DNA of 64,000 nt from Candidatus Amesbacteria bacterium (GTDB lineage Bacteria > Patescibacteriota > Microgenomatia > CAZETR01 > Amesbacteraceae): NCBI GenBank assembly GCA_027331445.1, contig DAHWUD010000003.1, positions 2,704-66,703 of the forward strand, written 5' to 3'. The notes under the pieces were generated by a model that was not told the DNA's origin, ran no database searches, and saw nothing but the letters and a program-made list of their open reading frames with translations. Both the position numbers and the translations under genes were made by a program. Shown in pieces: positions 47,923 through 57,363 of the stretch (positions are counted from its first letter, which is position 1; each line of letters begins with the position of its first letter).

Positions 47923-48825
47923 TCAGGATTCAAGCTTAGGGGAAGAGGCGGAGGCAGAGAGGTGGTGAGTGCGGGAGATTTTCTGACCTAAAGTACCAAA
48001 AGACTGGGTAACATTGGTCATCTGGCTGGCGGCATTGGTGAGATGACGGGAGAGAACACCGAGATGGTTTTCGACCTGGGAGTAATCTTTTTGGATGGCC
48101 CGGAGAAGCTCCCAAACCTCACGGGTCTTAGATTCCAGCTCTTTACCCTGAAAAGAGAGGAAAAGTACCTGGAGATGGGCGTAAAGGGTGTTGGGAGAAA
48201 CCGGATAAACACGGTGTTTCCTGGCAAATTCGGAGATTTCGGGAAGATTGATAATTTCGTAATAGACCGACTCGGAAGGAATGTACATGAGGGCAAAATC
48301 GAGAGTTCCTTCTGCGGGAAGAATATATTTTTGAGAAATATCGATAATGTGTTTTCTAATATCGGAGATAAAAGCGGATTTGGATCCTGGGACGCCGGCG
48401 GCCAGGGATTTAAAATCGGCCAGGGGAAACTTGGAATCAATACAGAGCAGGCCGGCGTCGGTCTGAAGGGCAGCGTCGACTTTGACGCCGGATTTAAAAG
48501 AATACTGAAGGTGAAAGGAGTTTTTAGGAAAAACCTGGCCAAGCATCTCGGTTAAAACTTCCTCACCCAAACCGCCGCGAAGTTTGGGAGATTGGAGAAA
48601 ATCCTGGAGAGAGCGAATGCCACGGCCGATTTCGGACATTTCGCCCAAGTTTTTCTGAACGGAAGACATCAGGGAGGCAGAATAATCAAGGCGCTGATTG
48701 AGTTCGTGGGTAGATGATTGCAACCACTGAGAAAGAGTGGTGTCGGAGCGGGTCCAGCGACGGAGAAAATAAAGGGTGACAATAAATCCCAGAATAATTA
48801 CTGCTAAAATCAAATACAGTTCCAT
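47923..48825 (-). CDS. rmuC: DNA recombination protein RmuC
   Basis: N-terminal TM, coiled coil, ...LRGGLGEEVLTEMLGQVFP... and DAGLLCIDSKFPLADF RmuC nuclease-like core. Confidence 0.75.
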   Translation of the reverse strand: MELYLILAVIILGFIVTLYFLRRWTRSDTTLSQWLQSSTHELNQRLDYSASLMSSVQKNLGEMSEIGRGIRSLQDFLQSPKLRGGLGEEVLTEMLGQVFPKNSFHLQYSFKSGVKVDAALQTDAGLLCIDSKFPLADFKSLAAGVPGSKSAFISDIRKHIIDISQKYILPAEGTLDFALMYIPSESVYYEIINLPEISEFARKHRVYPVSPNTLYAHLQVLFLSFQGKELESKTREVWELLRAIQKDYSQVENHLGVLSRHLTNAASQMTNVTQSFGTLGQKISRTHHLSASASSPKLES

Positions 48826-49144
48826 GCAGAGAAAATTATACACGAAGGAAACGGGAAAATTCGGCGTCAGGGCCGGAATAATGGCCGGGGTATGCTGGCT
48901 GGGAGCGGGGTTAATAATCTACCATCTGCCTCCCGGGAAGTGGTGGGGGGAAGCGGGAGTATTAATTTTGATCTGGCTGGGATTGTGGTGGGCGGTGAGT
49001 TTTTTAACGGGAAAAAAAGGGTGGGGGCTTTTAACGGCAACCGGAATTACGACATTGCTGCTGATGCGCCGATGGGGGTTCTTGGGGTGGATAAGTTTCG
49101 GAGGGTGGTTGGTGGTGATGGGAATGATCAGTATGTGGGCTTGA
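48824..49144 (+). CDS. Small membrane protein (Trp/Gly-rich, about 3 TM)
   Basis: Start codon shares a CATG with the divergent rmuC start; hydrophobic. Confidence 0.4.
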   Translation: MQRKLYTKETGKFGVRAGIMAGVCWLGAGLIIYHLPPGKWWGEAGVLILIWLGLWWAVSFLTGKKGWGLLTATGITTLLLMRRWGFLGWISFGGWLVVMGMISMWA

Positions 49145-49170
49145 TAAATTTAATTAATTGAACTAAGATT

Positions 49171-49542
49171 ATGCGGGGGATAAAGGGTATGCAGGTTTCC
49201 AAAAAGAAAGTCAATCTGACATTAGAAAAACAGGTAAGGAAAATGTGGTGGCAATTGGTGGCGGATATAAAAAATCCGGAGGAGGCGGAAAAAATTTTAG
49301 GAGGATTGTTGTCAGACACAGAATTGGCGGCGATCAGCAAAAGGCTGGCCGTAGGGTATTGGTTGACCAAAAACCGCAGCTACGAAAATATTAAGGAAAA
49401 TTTAAAGGTGTCGAGCGCAACTATCGCCACGGTGCAGCAAGACCTGAAAAAGCCGGGTTGGAAAGCGGCAATAACAAAAGTCGAGGCGGAAGAATGGGCA
49501 ACCAAGTGGGAAGCCAAAATTAAAAAACTATTTGATAAATAA
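49171..49542 (+). CDS. TrpR/YerC-YecD-like DNA-binding protein
   Basis: LLSDTELAAISKRLAVGYWLTKNRSYENIKENLKVSSATIATV matches the Trp-repressor-family HTH. Confidence 0.6.
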   Translation: MRGIKGMQVSKKKVNLTLEKQVRKMWWQLVADIKNPEEAEKILGGLLSDTELAAISKRLAVGYWLTKNRSYENIKENLKVSSATIATVQQDLKKPGWKAAITKVEAEEWATKWEAKIKKLFDK

Positions 49543-49559
49543 TTCACCCCAGAGGAAAG

Positions 49560-50768
49560 TTATATTGTAAACTCGCCGTTTCGGTAGATTGTTTTTTCTG
49601 AGCCGTTGGTTAGGAAAGCGGTGACGGTGCGGTTGGCGGTGGAAATGATATCGGTGTGAATTGCGGAGTTATTGAAACCAAGTTTAATTTTTTGAGATTT
49701 AGTTAAAGTTTTTAAGTTGCCGGAATAGGTGTCGTCATCTGCGGTGCCCAGGGCGAGGTGAGTATTGCCGAAAGGCCCGGAAATGTTTTCGTCAAACAGG
49801 GTTTCGGCCATGAATTTATCAATTCTGGAGAGGCGTTTATCGGTGAGGGAAAACTCGCCAATTTTGTCTGCATTTTCGACTTCGAGCATCGATTTTAATA
49901 CGGCGTAGTTTAGTGAAGCCGAACTTTGGGTGACCTGACCATTTTCAAACTTTAATTTGATATCTTTAATCAGGCTGCCATAACGATAAAGGGGCTGGTT
50001 AAATTTGATCCAGCCGTTGGTGCCCCTCCAGTCCGGTGAGGTGAAAATTTCAAAACTGGGAATGTTTCTGCCTGATCCCCCGAGCCATTTCCGCTTTTCC
50101 CCGAGGGTGATCCATAAATCAACGTCTTCGCCTGAAATATGAAGCTTTTCTATCGGTAACGAATTTATTTTATCGAGTATTTCGGAATTTTTTTTAAACA
50201 CTTCACGCCATTTGGCTATAGGATCGGCTGCGTCTAAAAAGCAGGCCTTGATGATTTGATCCCAATATTCCCGGAGTGACATACCAGCCTCTTTGGCCAT
50301 GGCGGGAGTGCCATAGAGGGCCAGAGTCCAGGTAAATTTGCCGGCGTTTTCCTTGGCGTCCAACCAGTCACGAAAAGGTTTGACGGATTGCTGGCGCAAC
50401 ATGATTTTTTGGGGGTTAACGCCTTCCAATTCACGTTTGTCGACGTCGGAAATAATACCAATGGAATGGTCAATCTGATCGGCCAGACCGCGATAATATT
50501 TGCCGGCAAAAAATTTGAGCTGGGACTCCCCTGCCAGTTCAAAATAATCCCGGGCAACCCCGTCTGGGGCATAATCAGACAATGGGATGCCGCCTGATTT
50601 TAGGATTTGGTTTCTCAGGGCAACGTAAAAGGGCTTGGCGGAATCCGAGACGGACAGGCGGACGACATCGCCCCTTTTTATACCTTTGCCGGAGTTGAGG
50701 GCAAAATCGACCAGAACACTGGCATATTTTTGCAAAATTTCCGGGGAGGGATGATAAATATCCGGCAT
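49560..50768 (-). CDS. M29 family aminopeptidase (AmpS/PepS-like)
   Basis: 402 aa; C-terminal ...KIGEFSLTDKRLSRIDKFMAETLFDENISGPFGNTHLALG... typical of thermophilic metalloprotease M29. Confidence 0.7.
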   Translation of the reverse strand: MPDIYHPSPEILQKYASVLVDFALNSGKGIKRGDVVRLSVSDSAKPFYVALRNQILKSGGIPLSDYAPDGVARDYFELAGESQLKFFAGKYYRGLADQIDHSIGIISDVDKRELEGVNPQKIMLRQQSVKPFRDWLDAKENAGKFTWTLALYGTPAMAKEAGMSLREYWDQIIKACFLDAADPIAKWREVFKKNSEILDKINSLPIEKLHISGEDVDLWITLGEKRKWLGGSGRNIPSFEIFTSPDWRGTNGWIKFNQPLYRYGSLIKDIKLKFENGQVTQSSASLNYAVLKSMLEVENADKIGEFSLTDKRLSRIDKFMAETLFDENISGPFGNTHLALGTADDDTYSGNLKTLTKSQKIKLGFNNSAIHTDIISTANRTVTAFLTNGSEKTIYRNGEFTI

Positions 50769-50804
50769 AGGGTGAATTATACCAATCTGAGGTAAAATTG
50801 GAGA

Positions 50805-52220
50805 ATGACAGACAAATTTTATATCACGACCACCCTACCGTATGTGAATGCGGCGCCACATGTGGGATTTGCATTGGAAATTGTGCAGGCGGATGCGATA
50901 GCCAGATACCAGAGGTTTTTGGGTAAAGAGGTGGTATTTAACTTCGGGACGGACGAGCACGGACAAAAGATTTACCAAAAAGCGCTGGAACAGCACAAGG
51001 ATCCTAAAATTTACTGCGATGAATACGCAGCCAAGTTTGACGATTTAAAGCGGGCACTGAACCTAAGTTACACAAATTTTGTCAGAACCACGGATGAGTA
51101 CCACATCAAAGCGGCGCAGGAGTTTTGGAAAAAATGCCTGGTCGGCGGGGATATTTATAAAAAGCAGTACAAAATAAAATATTGTGTGGGGTGCGAATTA
51201 GAAAAGACGGATTCTGAGTTGGTGGAGGGGAAGTGTCCACTGCATCCAAACCAGGAGTTGGAAATTATCGAAGAAGAAAATTACTTTTTCAGATTCAGTA
51301 AATACCAACAAGCGCTGTTGGATTATTATGAAGGCCACCCGGATTTTGTAGTCCCGGGGAGCAGGTTTAATGAGATAAAAACATTTGTAAAATCAGGACT
51401 GGAAGACTTCAGTGTGTCGAGGTTGAAATCCAAAATGCCGTGGGGGATAGACGTTCCGGGCGATCCAGACCAGGTGATGTATGTATGGTTTGACGCGCTG
51501 ATAAATTATATTTCGACTTTGGGGTGGCCGGAAGACGGAGAGCGTTTCCGGGGATTCTGGCCGGGTTTGCAAGTAGCGGGCAAGGATAATCTGAGACAAC
51601 AGACTGCCATATGGCAAGCAATGCTGATGTCCGCCGGGCTGCCTAACTCCAGGCAGATATTTATTCATGGATTTTTGACGGTTAACGGACAAAAGATCAG
51701 TAAGAGTCTGGGAAACGCCATAAACCCGATTGAGCTGGTGAAAAAATACGGGGCCGACGCGGTGAGATATTATTTACTGGCAAAGGTACATCCGTGGGAA
51801 GACAGTGATTTTACGGCGGCAAAGTTCGAAGAAGCCTTAAACGCGGATCTGGCTAACGGGCTGGGAAACCTGGTGGCGAGAATTGCCAAACTGGCCCAGA
51901 ACTCGGAGGGGAATTTTGCAGAAAGCAAAACGGAGTCAGATAAAGAGGTCGCCGAGGAGATCGGTAAATTCAGGTTTGACTACGCGATGGAAAAAATCTG
52001 GCAGAAAATTAAAAAACTGGACCAAAAAGTGGAGGAATATAAGCTGTGGACGCTAAATGGGAAGGAATTAATTGAAAAATTAGACGAATTTGTTCCGGAG
52101 GTAAGGCAAATAGCCTTTGATCTACAGCCATTCTTACCCGAGACGGCAGAGAAAATAACGAGGCAATTTGAAGGGCCAAAAATTAAAGCCTCGGCTCCCC
52201 TGTTTCCGAGAATTAAATAA
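50805..52220 (+). CDS. metG: Methionine--tRNA ligase (short form)
   Basis: LPYVNAAPHVGFA (HIGH region variant), zinc knuckle CVGCELE...CPLH, YVWFDAL, KISKS (KMSKS). Confidence 0.9.
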   Translation: MTDKFYITTTLPYVNAAPHVGFALEIVQADAIARYQRFLGKEVVFNFGTDEHGQKIYQKALEQHKDPKIYCDEYAAKFDDLKRALNLSYTNFVRTTDEYHIKAAQEFWKKCLVGGDIYKKQYKIKYCVGCELEKTDSELVEGKCPLHPNQELEIIEEENYFFRFSKYQQALLDYYEGHPDFVVPGSRFNEIKTFVKSGLEDFSVSRLKSKMPWGIDVPGDPDQVMYVWFDALINYISTLGWPEDGERFRGFWPGLQVAGKDNLRQQTAIWQAMLMSAGLPNSRQIFIHGFLTVNGQKISKSLGNAINPIELVKKYGADAVRYYLLAKVHPWEDSDFTAAKFEEALNADLANGLGNLVARIAKLAQNSEGNFAESKTESDKEVAEEIGKFRFDYAMEKIWQKIKKLDQKVEEYKLWTLNGKELIEKLDEFVPEVRQIAFDLQPFLPETAEKITRQFEGPKIKASAPLFPRIK

Positions 52221-52975
52221 TGGTCGATGCGCATTGCCATCTGAATGACGAAAAGTTTACGGGAGGAGAGGAGGAAGTGTTCAGGCGGGCGCGAGAAGCG
52301 GGAGTGACGACGATGATTTGTGCGGGGGGAAATCTGAAAGACAGTCAAAAAGCAATTGAGTTGGCGCATAATTACGAAGGGGTGTGGGCAACAGTGGGAA
52401 TGCATCCGGAAGAAACCGGGGAAAAATGGAGTAAGGGAGTATTTGAAAAGTTGGCGGAAGATGAAAAGGTGGTGGCCATCGGGGAGACGGGGCTAGACTT
52501 CAGAGCCGACACGAACGAGGAAGAAAAGGAGAGACAAATACGACTGATGGAGGAACAGGTAAAACTGGCCAATATGACCGGTTTGCCGCTGGTAGTACAC
52601 AATAGGAATGCGGACGAGGAAATAAAAGCAGTGCTGGAAAAATTGCAGACCACGGCGCAGATGCACTGTTTTAACAGCGGTGAAGTATTGATGAAGTGGG
52701 CCATTAGTAAGGGATTTTTTATCAGTGTGGGGGGGATAGTAACTTTTAAAAATGCCGAAGAACTGCGACGGTTGGCAGCCATGATTCCTGAGGAGAGGTT
52801 ATTGATAGAGACTGACGCGCCGTATTTGGCTCCGGAACCGGTCAGGGGAAGTATCAACGAGCCTAAAAATGTCAGGCTCGTAGCTGAACGGATGGCCAGG
52901 ATAAGACAGACTTCAATTGATCAAATTGAAGAGATAACCGGGAAAAACGCGAAAAAAATGTTCGGGAGATTGTAA
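52220..52975 (+). CDS. tatD: TatD family metal-dependent DNase
   Basis: MVDAHCHLND start and TIM-barrel His/Glu/Asp ligand pattern. Confidence 0.85.
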   Translation: MVDAHCHLNDEKFTGGEEEVFRRAREAGVTTMICAGGNLKDSQKAIELAHNYEGVWATVGMHPEETGEKWSKGVFEKLAEDEKVVAIGETGLDFRADTNEEEKERQIRLMEEQVKLANMTGLPLVVHNRNADEEIKAVLEKLQTTAQMHCFNSGEVLMKWAISKGFFISVGGIVTFKNAEELRRLAAMIPEERLLIETDAPYLAPEPVRGSINEPKNVRLVAERMARIRQTSIDQIEEITGKNAKKMFGRL

Positions 52976-52984
52976 AATAGACTG

Positions 52985-54454
52985 ATGGACGGAAAGCAAA
53001 AGAGGTGGCTGGAGATTCTGCCGGGGTTTTTAAGCTGGAATTTGATCCTGTTTCTAGTGTGGGGAGGGTTTTTCTTCCCGGTGTTTACCGCCTATTTTAT
53101 CCTGGCATTTGACGTGTACTGGGTATACAAGGGGCTGGCGATGACGCTGGCGGCCATCCTGTCACATATCAGGATTCTGGCCTCAGAAAGGCTGGACTGG
53201 ATGCAGGAGGTAAGAGGGTTCGGAGATTATAAAAAGGTGCGGCACGTGGTGATGGTACTGGTGGCAAACGAGGCCCGGGAGACGTATGAGAGAACGGTTG
53301 CGGCGCTGGCTTTGCAAACCTTTCCCTTGAAACAACTGGCGGTGGTGATGGCCACAGAGGAGAGATTTCCCCAGGGGCAAGAGGAAGCGGAAAAACTGAA
53401 GCAAAAATGGGGGGACAAATTCGGAGAGTTTCTGATCACGGTACATCCGGCAAACATCAGCGGGGAAATTAAGGGCAAATCGGCCAACGAGGCGTGGGCC
53501 AGCCGGGAGGCAAAAAGAATATTGGTGGATGAAAAGGGAGAAGATCTGGATTTGATGACGATTACTTCAAACGACGCCGATGCCATCTTGCATCCTCAAT
53601 ATTTTGCTTATTTAACGTTTAAGTTTTTGGACGATCCCAACAGATATGAGAAGTTCTGGCAACCGGCGATCGTTTATTACAACAACATCTGGAAAATCCC
53701 GGCGCCGACCCGGGTAATGAACACTTTTTCCAATATGTGGCAGACGGGACTTTTAATGCGAAAGGACAGACTGATAAATTTTTCCAATTATTCGACGTCG
53801 CTAAAACTGATGGATGAAGTGGGCTATTGGGATGCGGACGTCATCCCGGAGGATTACCGGATATTTTTCAAGTCATTTTTCAAAACGGGAGGCCGGGCAG
53901 AGGTGGAGCCGATATTTTTGCCTTCTTCCGCAGACGCCGCCCAGTCAACTACCACCTGGAAGACTTTTGTAAACGAATACGAACAGAAAAAGCGGTGGGC
54001 GTGGGGAGTGTCGGACATACCATACGTGGTGGAAATGTTTCTAAAGCAGCCCCAGGTGTCGTCGTTTAACAAGGTCGTGAGGATCTCAAGATTGATGGAG
54101 GACCATATTTTGTGGCCGGTAAACTGGTTTATCATCACGATAGGGGTGTCGGTAGTCACGCTGGTTAACCCGGCGTTTAAGAGAACATCCCTGGGGTTTA
54201 TGCTGCCGAGAATTTCATCCGGAATCCTGACGATAACGGTGTTGTTTCTGATGGTCCTACTGATAATTGAACTGCGCCAACGGCCGACCAAAGCGAATGA
54301 AGTGGCCAAATGGAGAGTATGGATATCTCCGCTGGAGTTTTTGCTGATGCCGATTGCCGGATTTTTCTTTTCGGCACTGCCGAGCCTGGATGCCCACACC
54401 AGACTGATGCTGGGGCGATACCTGGAGTATCGGGTGACCGAAAAAGTGAAGTAG
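52985..54454 (+). CDS. Processive family-2 glycosyltransferase (cellulose/chitin-synthase-like) with C-terminal TM region
   Basis: ...TSNDADAI... (DxD), EDYR, and the QKKRWAWG (QxxRW) motif; flanking TM helices. Confidence 0.75.
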   Translation: MDGKQKRWLEILPGFLSWNLILFLVWGGFFFPVFTAYFILAFDVYWVYKGLAMTLAAILSHIRILASERLDWMQEVRGFGDYKKVRHVVMVLVANEARETYERTVAALALQTFPLKQLAVVMATEERFPQGQEEAEKLKQKWGDKFGEFLITVHPANISGEIKGKSANEAWASREAKRILVDEKGEDLDLMTITSNDADAILHPQYFAYLTFKFLDDPNRYEKFWQPAIVYYNNIWKIPAPTRVMNTFSNMWQTGLLMRKDRLINFSNYSTSLKLMDEVGYWDADVIPEDYRIFFKSFFKTGGRAEVEPIFLPSSADAAQSTTTWKTFVNEYEQKKRWAWGVSDIPYVVEMFLKQPQVSSFNKVVRISRLMEDHILWPVNWFIITIGVSVVTLVNPAFKRTSLGFMLPRISSGILTITVLFLMVLLIIELRQRPTKANEVAKWRVWISPLEFLLMPIAGFFFSALPSLDAHTRLMLGRYLEYRVTEKVK

Positions 54455-54471
54455 TGTAGAATATTTTCAGG

Positions 54472-55914
54472 ATGAAAAACGGGGTGCGGGAGTGGTTGGT
54501 CAGAAACCAGTGGCTAATAATAATTACGGCTTTGGTGGTCGGGCTGAGACTGCCCAGCCTATTTGAACCTTATTGGTACGGAGACGAAGCGATATACCTG
54601 ACTATCGGCCAGGCTATCGACCGGGGAGTGCCCTTGTACAGCGGAATTCATGACAACAAACCGCCACTTTTATACCTGGTAGCGGCGGCAGCCGGGGGGA
54701 ATGAATTTTGGTTTAAGTTTATAGCCATGGCATGGAACCTGGTCACGATCTGGGCCTTCGCGAATTTGGGAGAAAAAATATTTGAAAGAAGAAAAAAACC
54801 GGTAGTGGTGGCAACTCTGGCGTTTGCCCTGGCGACGACGCTGCCGGTATGGGAGGGAAATATTGCCAATGCGGAGTTGTTTTTCCTGCTACCGACAATA
54901 TTGGCCGTAAATTGGCTGTGGAGAAAAAATGCGAGCTGGCTTAGGGTAGCTGTGGCGGGGATAGCCATCGGGGTAGCAGGATTATTCAAGGTACCGGCGA
55001 TATTGGAGGCGGGAATCTGGCCGTTGATATGGTCGGCCACGGGAGAGAAAAAGATAATAAGAAAGATTTTGATATTGGGAGCGGGGGTAGCGCTGCCGGT
55101 GGGACTGACGGGAATTTACTTTGCAATACAGGGAGAATTGAGAGACTATGTGACAGCGGCCTGGTTACAAAATCTGCCGTATATATCCAGCTGGCAGGCG
55201 GGCAGCGCCGGGGGAGGCCTGTTTTCAGTTAAGGGGCGGGCAGTAGTGGCAATTATCCTTCTAGCGGGGATGTGGGGAATGGCCCGGAGGTGGGGCAGAA
55301 CGGTGACAATCATAGGAATGTGGGGAATCGTAACTTTGTTTGCCGCGCTATTGTCGGGAAGGCCGTATCCACATTATTTACTGCAAACGGCGGGGGCGGC
55401 GGCAATCGCGGCGGCACTGTTGTGGGAAAAGGCCAGGGCCGAGAAAATTGCGGGGGCGGCAGTATTAATTATGATTTTTGCGGTCTGGAAAAGTTTCGGG
55501 TTTTATGAGTACCCGGTGTGGAGATATTATCAGAATTTCGGGCAATGGATATGGGGAGGGAAGAGCACCCAAGGTTATTTAGGCTGGTTTAGTCCGCAGG
55601 TGAATGCGGACTACGAAATTGCGGGGATAATCAAGGCGGGAACAATGAGGGAGGATAAGATTTTTGTGTGGGGGGATGAACCGGCGATATATGCGCTGGC
55701 ACAAAGATTACCGGTAGGAGTATACACAGTGAAATACCAGATCCAACAACTGCAGCAGGAAACGACGGTAATGAAGGACCTGGTAGCTGAAAAGCCCAAA
55801 TATGTGGTGAGTTTCGGGAGCGAGGAGCAGCTGCCCGGGCTGGGGAGCTGGCTACAAAACAATTACCTATTGGAAAGGACCGTGGGAGCGGCAAAAGTTT
55901 ATAATCGGTTATAA
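54472..55914 (+). CDS. GT-C glycosyltransferase, ArnT/PMT (GT39/GT83)-like
   Basis: First periplasmic loop YWYGDEAIYL (DE motif), about 12 TM; polyprenyl-phosphate-sugar-dependent transferase architecture. Confidence 0.7.
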   Translation: MKNGVREWLVRNQWLIIITALVVGLRLPSLFEPYWYGDEAIYLTIGQAIDRGVPLYSGIHDNKPPLLYLVAAAAGGNEFWFKFIAMAWNLVTIWAFANLGEKIFERRKKPVVVATLAFALATTLPVWEGNIANAELFFLLPTILAVNWLWRKNASWLRVAVAGIAIGVAGLFKVPAILEAGIWPLIWSATGEKKIIRKILILGAGVALPVGLTGIYFAIQGELRDYVTAAWLQNLPYISSWQAGSAGGGLFSVKGRAVVAIILLAGMWGMARRWGRTVTIIGMWGIVTLFAALLSGRPYPHYLLQTAGAAAIAAALLWEKARAEKIAGAAVLIMIFAVWKSFGFYEYPVWRYYQNFGQWIWGGKSTQGYLGWFSPQVNADYEIAGIIKAGTMREDKIFVWGDEPAIYALAQRLPVGVYTVKYQIQQLQQETTVMKDLVAEKPKYVVSFGSEEQLPGLGSWLQNNYLLERTVGAAKVYNRL

Positions 55915-55921
55915 TTGGAGA

Positions 55922-56257
55922 GTGGAAAAGATTTTAGACAGGCTGCGGATGGGAAACGGGATAGCGGCAGCGGCAGCGGCGGCGGCGGGAGCGGGGGTGG
56001 CGCTGTTTTTCGGAAAAAGTCTGCCTCCGGTGGTGCCGCTTTTTTACAGCCGGCCATGGGGGGAAGAACAGCTGGTAAACCCATGGGGACTGGCGTGGCC
56101 GGTGGGACTGGCGGTGGCCGGGGCAATCGTCAGCCTGCTCGCGGCCAGGGGGTTGAAAAATGAACCCGTGCTGGGAGCTGTGCTTTTGGCCAGCGGAATA
56201 ATGATCGAGGTTATTTTGATTCTGGGTATGCTGAGAAGCGTGATGCTGGTGGTGTAA
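55922..56257 (+). CDS. Small membrane protein (Ala/Gly-rich, 2-3 TM)
   Basis: GTG start; tightly packed between the GT-C and WecA-like genes. Confidence 0.4.
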   Translation: MEKILDRLRMGNGIAAAAAAAAGAGVALFFGKSLPPVVPLFYSRPWGEEQLVNPWGLAWPVGLAVAGAIVSLLAARGLKNEPVLGAVLLASGIMIEVILILGMLRSVMLVV

Positions 56258-56259
56258 TT

Positions 56260-57363
56260 ATGCAGGAAATCTGGTGGGGAAAATTTTTGATACCGGCGGC
56301 GGTAGCAGCAGCGGTGAGTTATCTGGTAACCGGGTGGGTGGTGAAATGGGGAAAAAAACTGGGAATAATGGATGACCCCAAGGCACACATACATCCCAAG
56401 GTGGTACATGAAAAAACAGTTCCCCGGGGAGGGGGCTGGTCGATTTGGGCGGCGTTGGCACTGGGGGTAGGGATATTTGCCGGAGATAATTTCAGGCTGT
56501 GGGGAGTGATGGGCGGAGCGACAATTCTCGCCCTGACGGGGTTTTTGGATGACAGATACGCGGAAAAAGTGTCCCCATATGTGAGACTGATATTAAACGC
56601 GCTGGCGGCACTGTGCGTGATCGGAGTCGGAATCGGAATTGCGTATATCAGCAACCCCTTCGGCGGCATATGGCACCTGGACTGGCCCAGATGGTGCCTG
56701 GCTGTTAACGGGGTCAACCACTGCATTTGGGTATGGTCGGACCTATTTGCCCTGGTGTGGCTGGTGTGGATGCAAAACAGCGTGGGGTGGAGCAGCGGAG
56801 TGGACGGGCAATTATCGGGGTTCGTGATCACAGCGGCGGTAACCATGGCGCTTTTGGCCATGAGATTCGGTACTGACGCCGGACAATGGCCGGTATTGAT
56901 CCTGGCCGGAATAACGGCCGGAGCTTATGCCGGGTTTTTGCCCTGGAACTGGTACCCCCAAAAAATTATGCCCGGGTACGGGGGAAAGAGCCTGGCGGGA
57001 TTTTTATTGGGAACACTGGCAATTTTGTCAGCGGCAAAAGTCGGGGCGATGATTATGGTCTTGGGATTACCAATGATGGACGCGGTGCTGGTAATAATAA
57101 AAAGGCTCAGGGAAGGCCGGTCGCCGGTATGGGGGGGGCGGGAACATCTGCATCACTATCTACTGGATGCCGGATGGAGCAAGAAACAAATTGCCGTGTT
57201 TTACTGGGTAATATCGATAATACTGGCGGTTTTGGCCTGGCAATTGAAAGCCCCCTTAAAGTTGTTTACAATGGCGGCAATAGCTCTGGTGGCAGCGGGA
57301 GCAATATTATGGGTAAAAAACTGGTCGACATCCTTAAAACAGCCAGGCCAAGACAGTGGGTAA
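56260..57363 (+). CDS. Polyprenyl-phosphate N-acetylhexosamine-1-phosphate transferase (WecA/TagO/MraY family)
   Basis: DDPKAHIHPKVVHEK.VPRGGG and GFLDD (DDxxD) motifs; about 10 TM. Confidence 0.75.
   Translation: MQEIWWGKFLIPAAVAAAVSYLVTGWVVKWGKKLGIMDDPKAHIHPKVVHEKTVPRGGGWSIWAALALGVGIFAGDNFRLWGVMGGATILALTGFLDDRYAEKVSPYVRLILNALAALCVIGVGIGIAYISNPFGGIWHLDWPRWCLAVNGVNHCIWVWSDLFALVWLVWMQNSVGWSSGVDGQLSGFVITAAVTMALLAMRFGTDAGQWPVLILAGITAGAYAGFLPWNWYPQKIMPGYGGKSLAGFLLGTLAILSAAKVGAMIMVLGLPMMDAVLVIIKRLREGRSPVWGGREHLHHYLLDAGWSKKQIAVFYWVISIILAVLAWQLKAPLKLFTMAAIALVAAGAILWVKNWSTSLKQPGQDSG

Noticed and set aside
56886-57308. 5' part of listed ORF 56886-58250 overlapping the WecA-like gene in another frame
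   Set aside because: Homology to DPPRS begins only at MGKKLVDILKTARPRQWVKN (ATG 57309). The upstream 141 codons are Gly/Arg-rich read-through of the out-of-frame wecA-like coding sequence.
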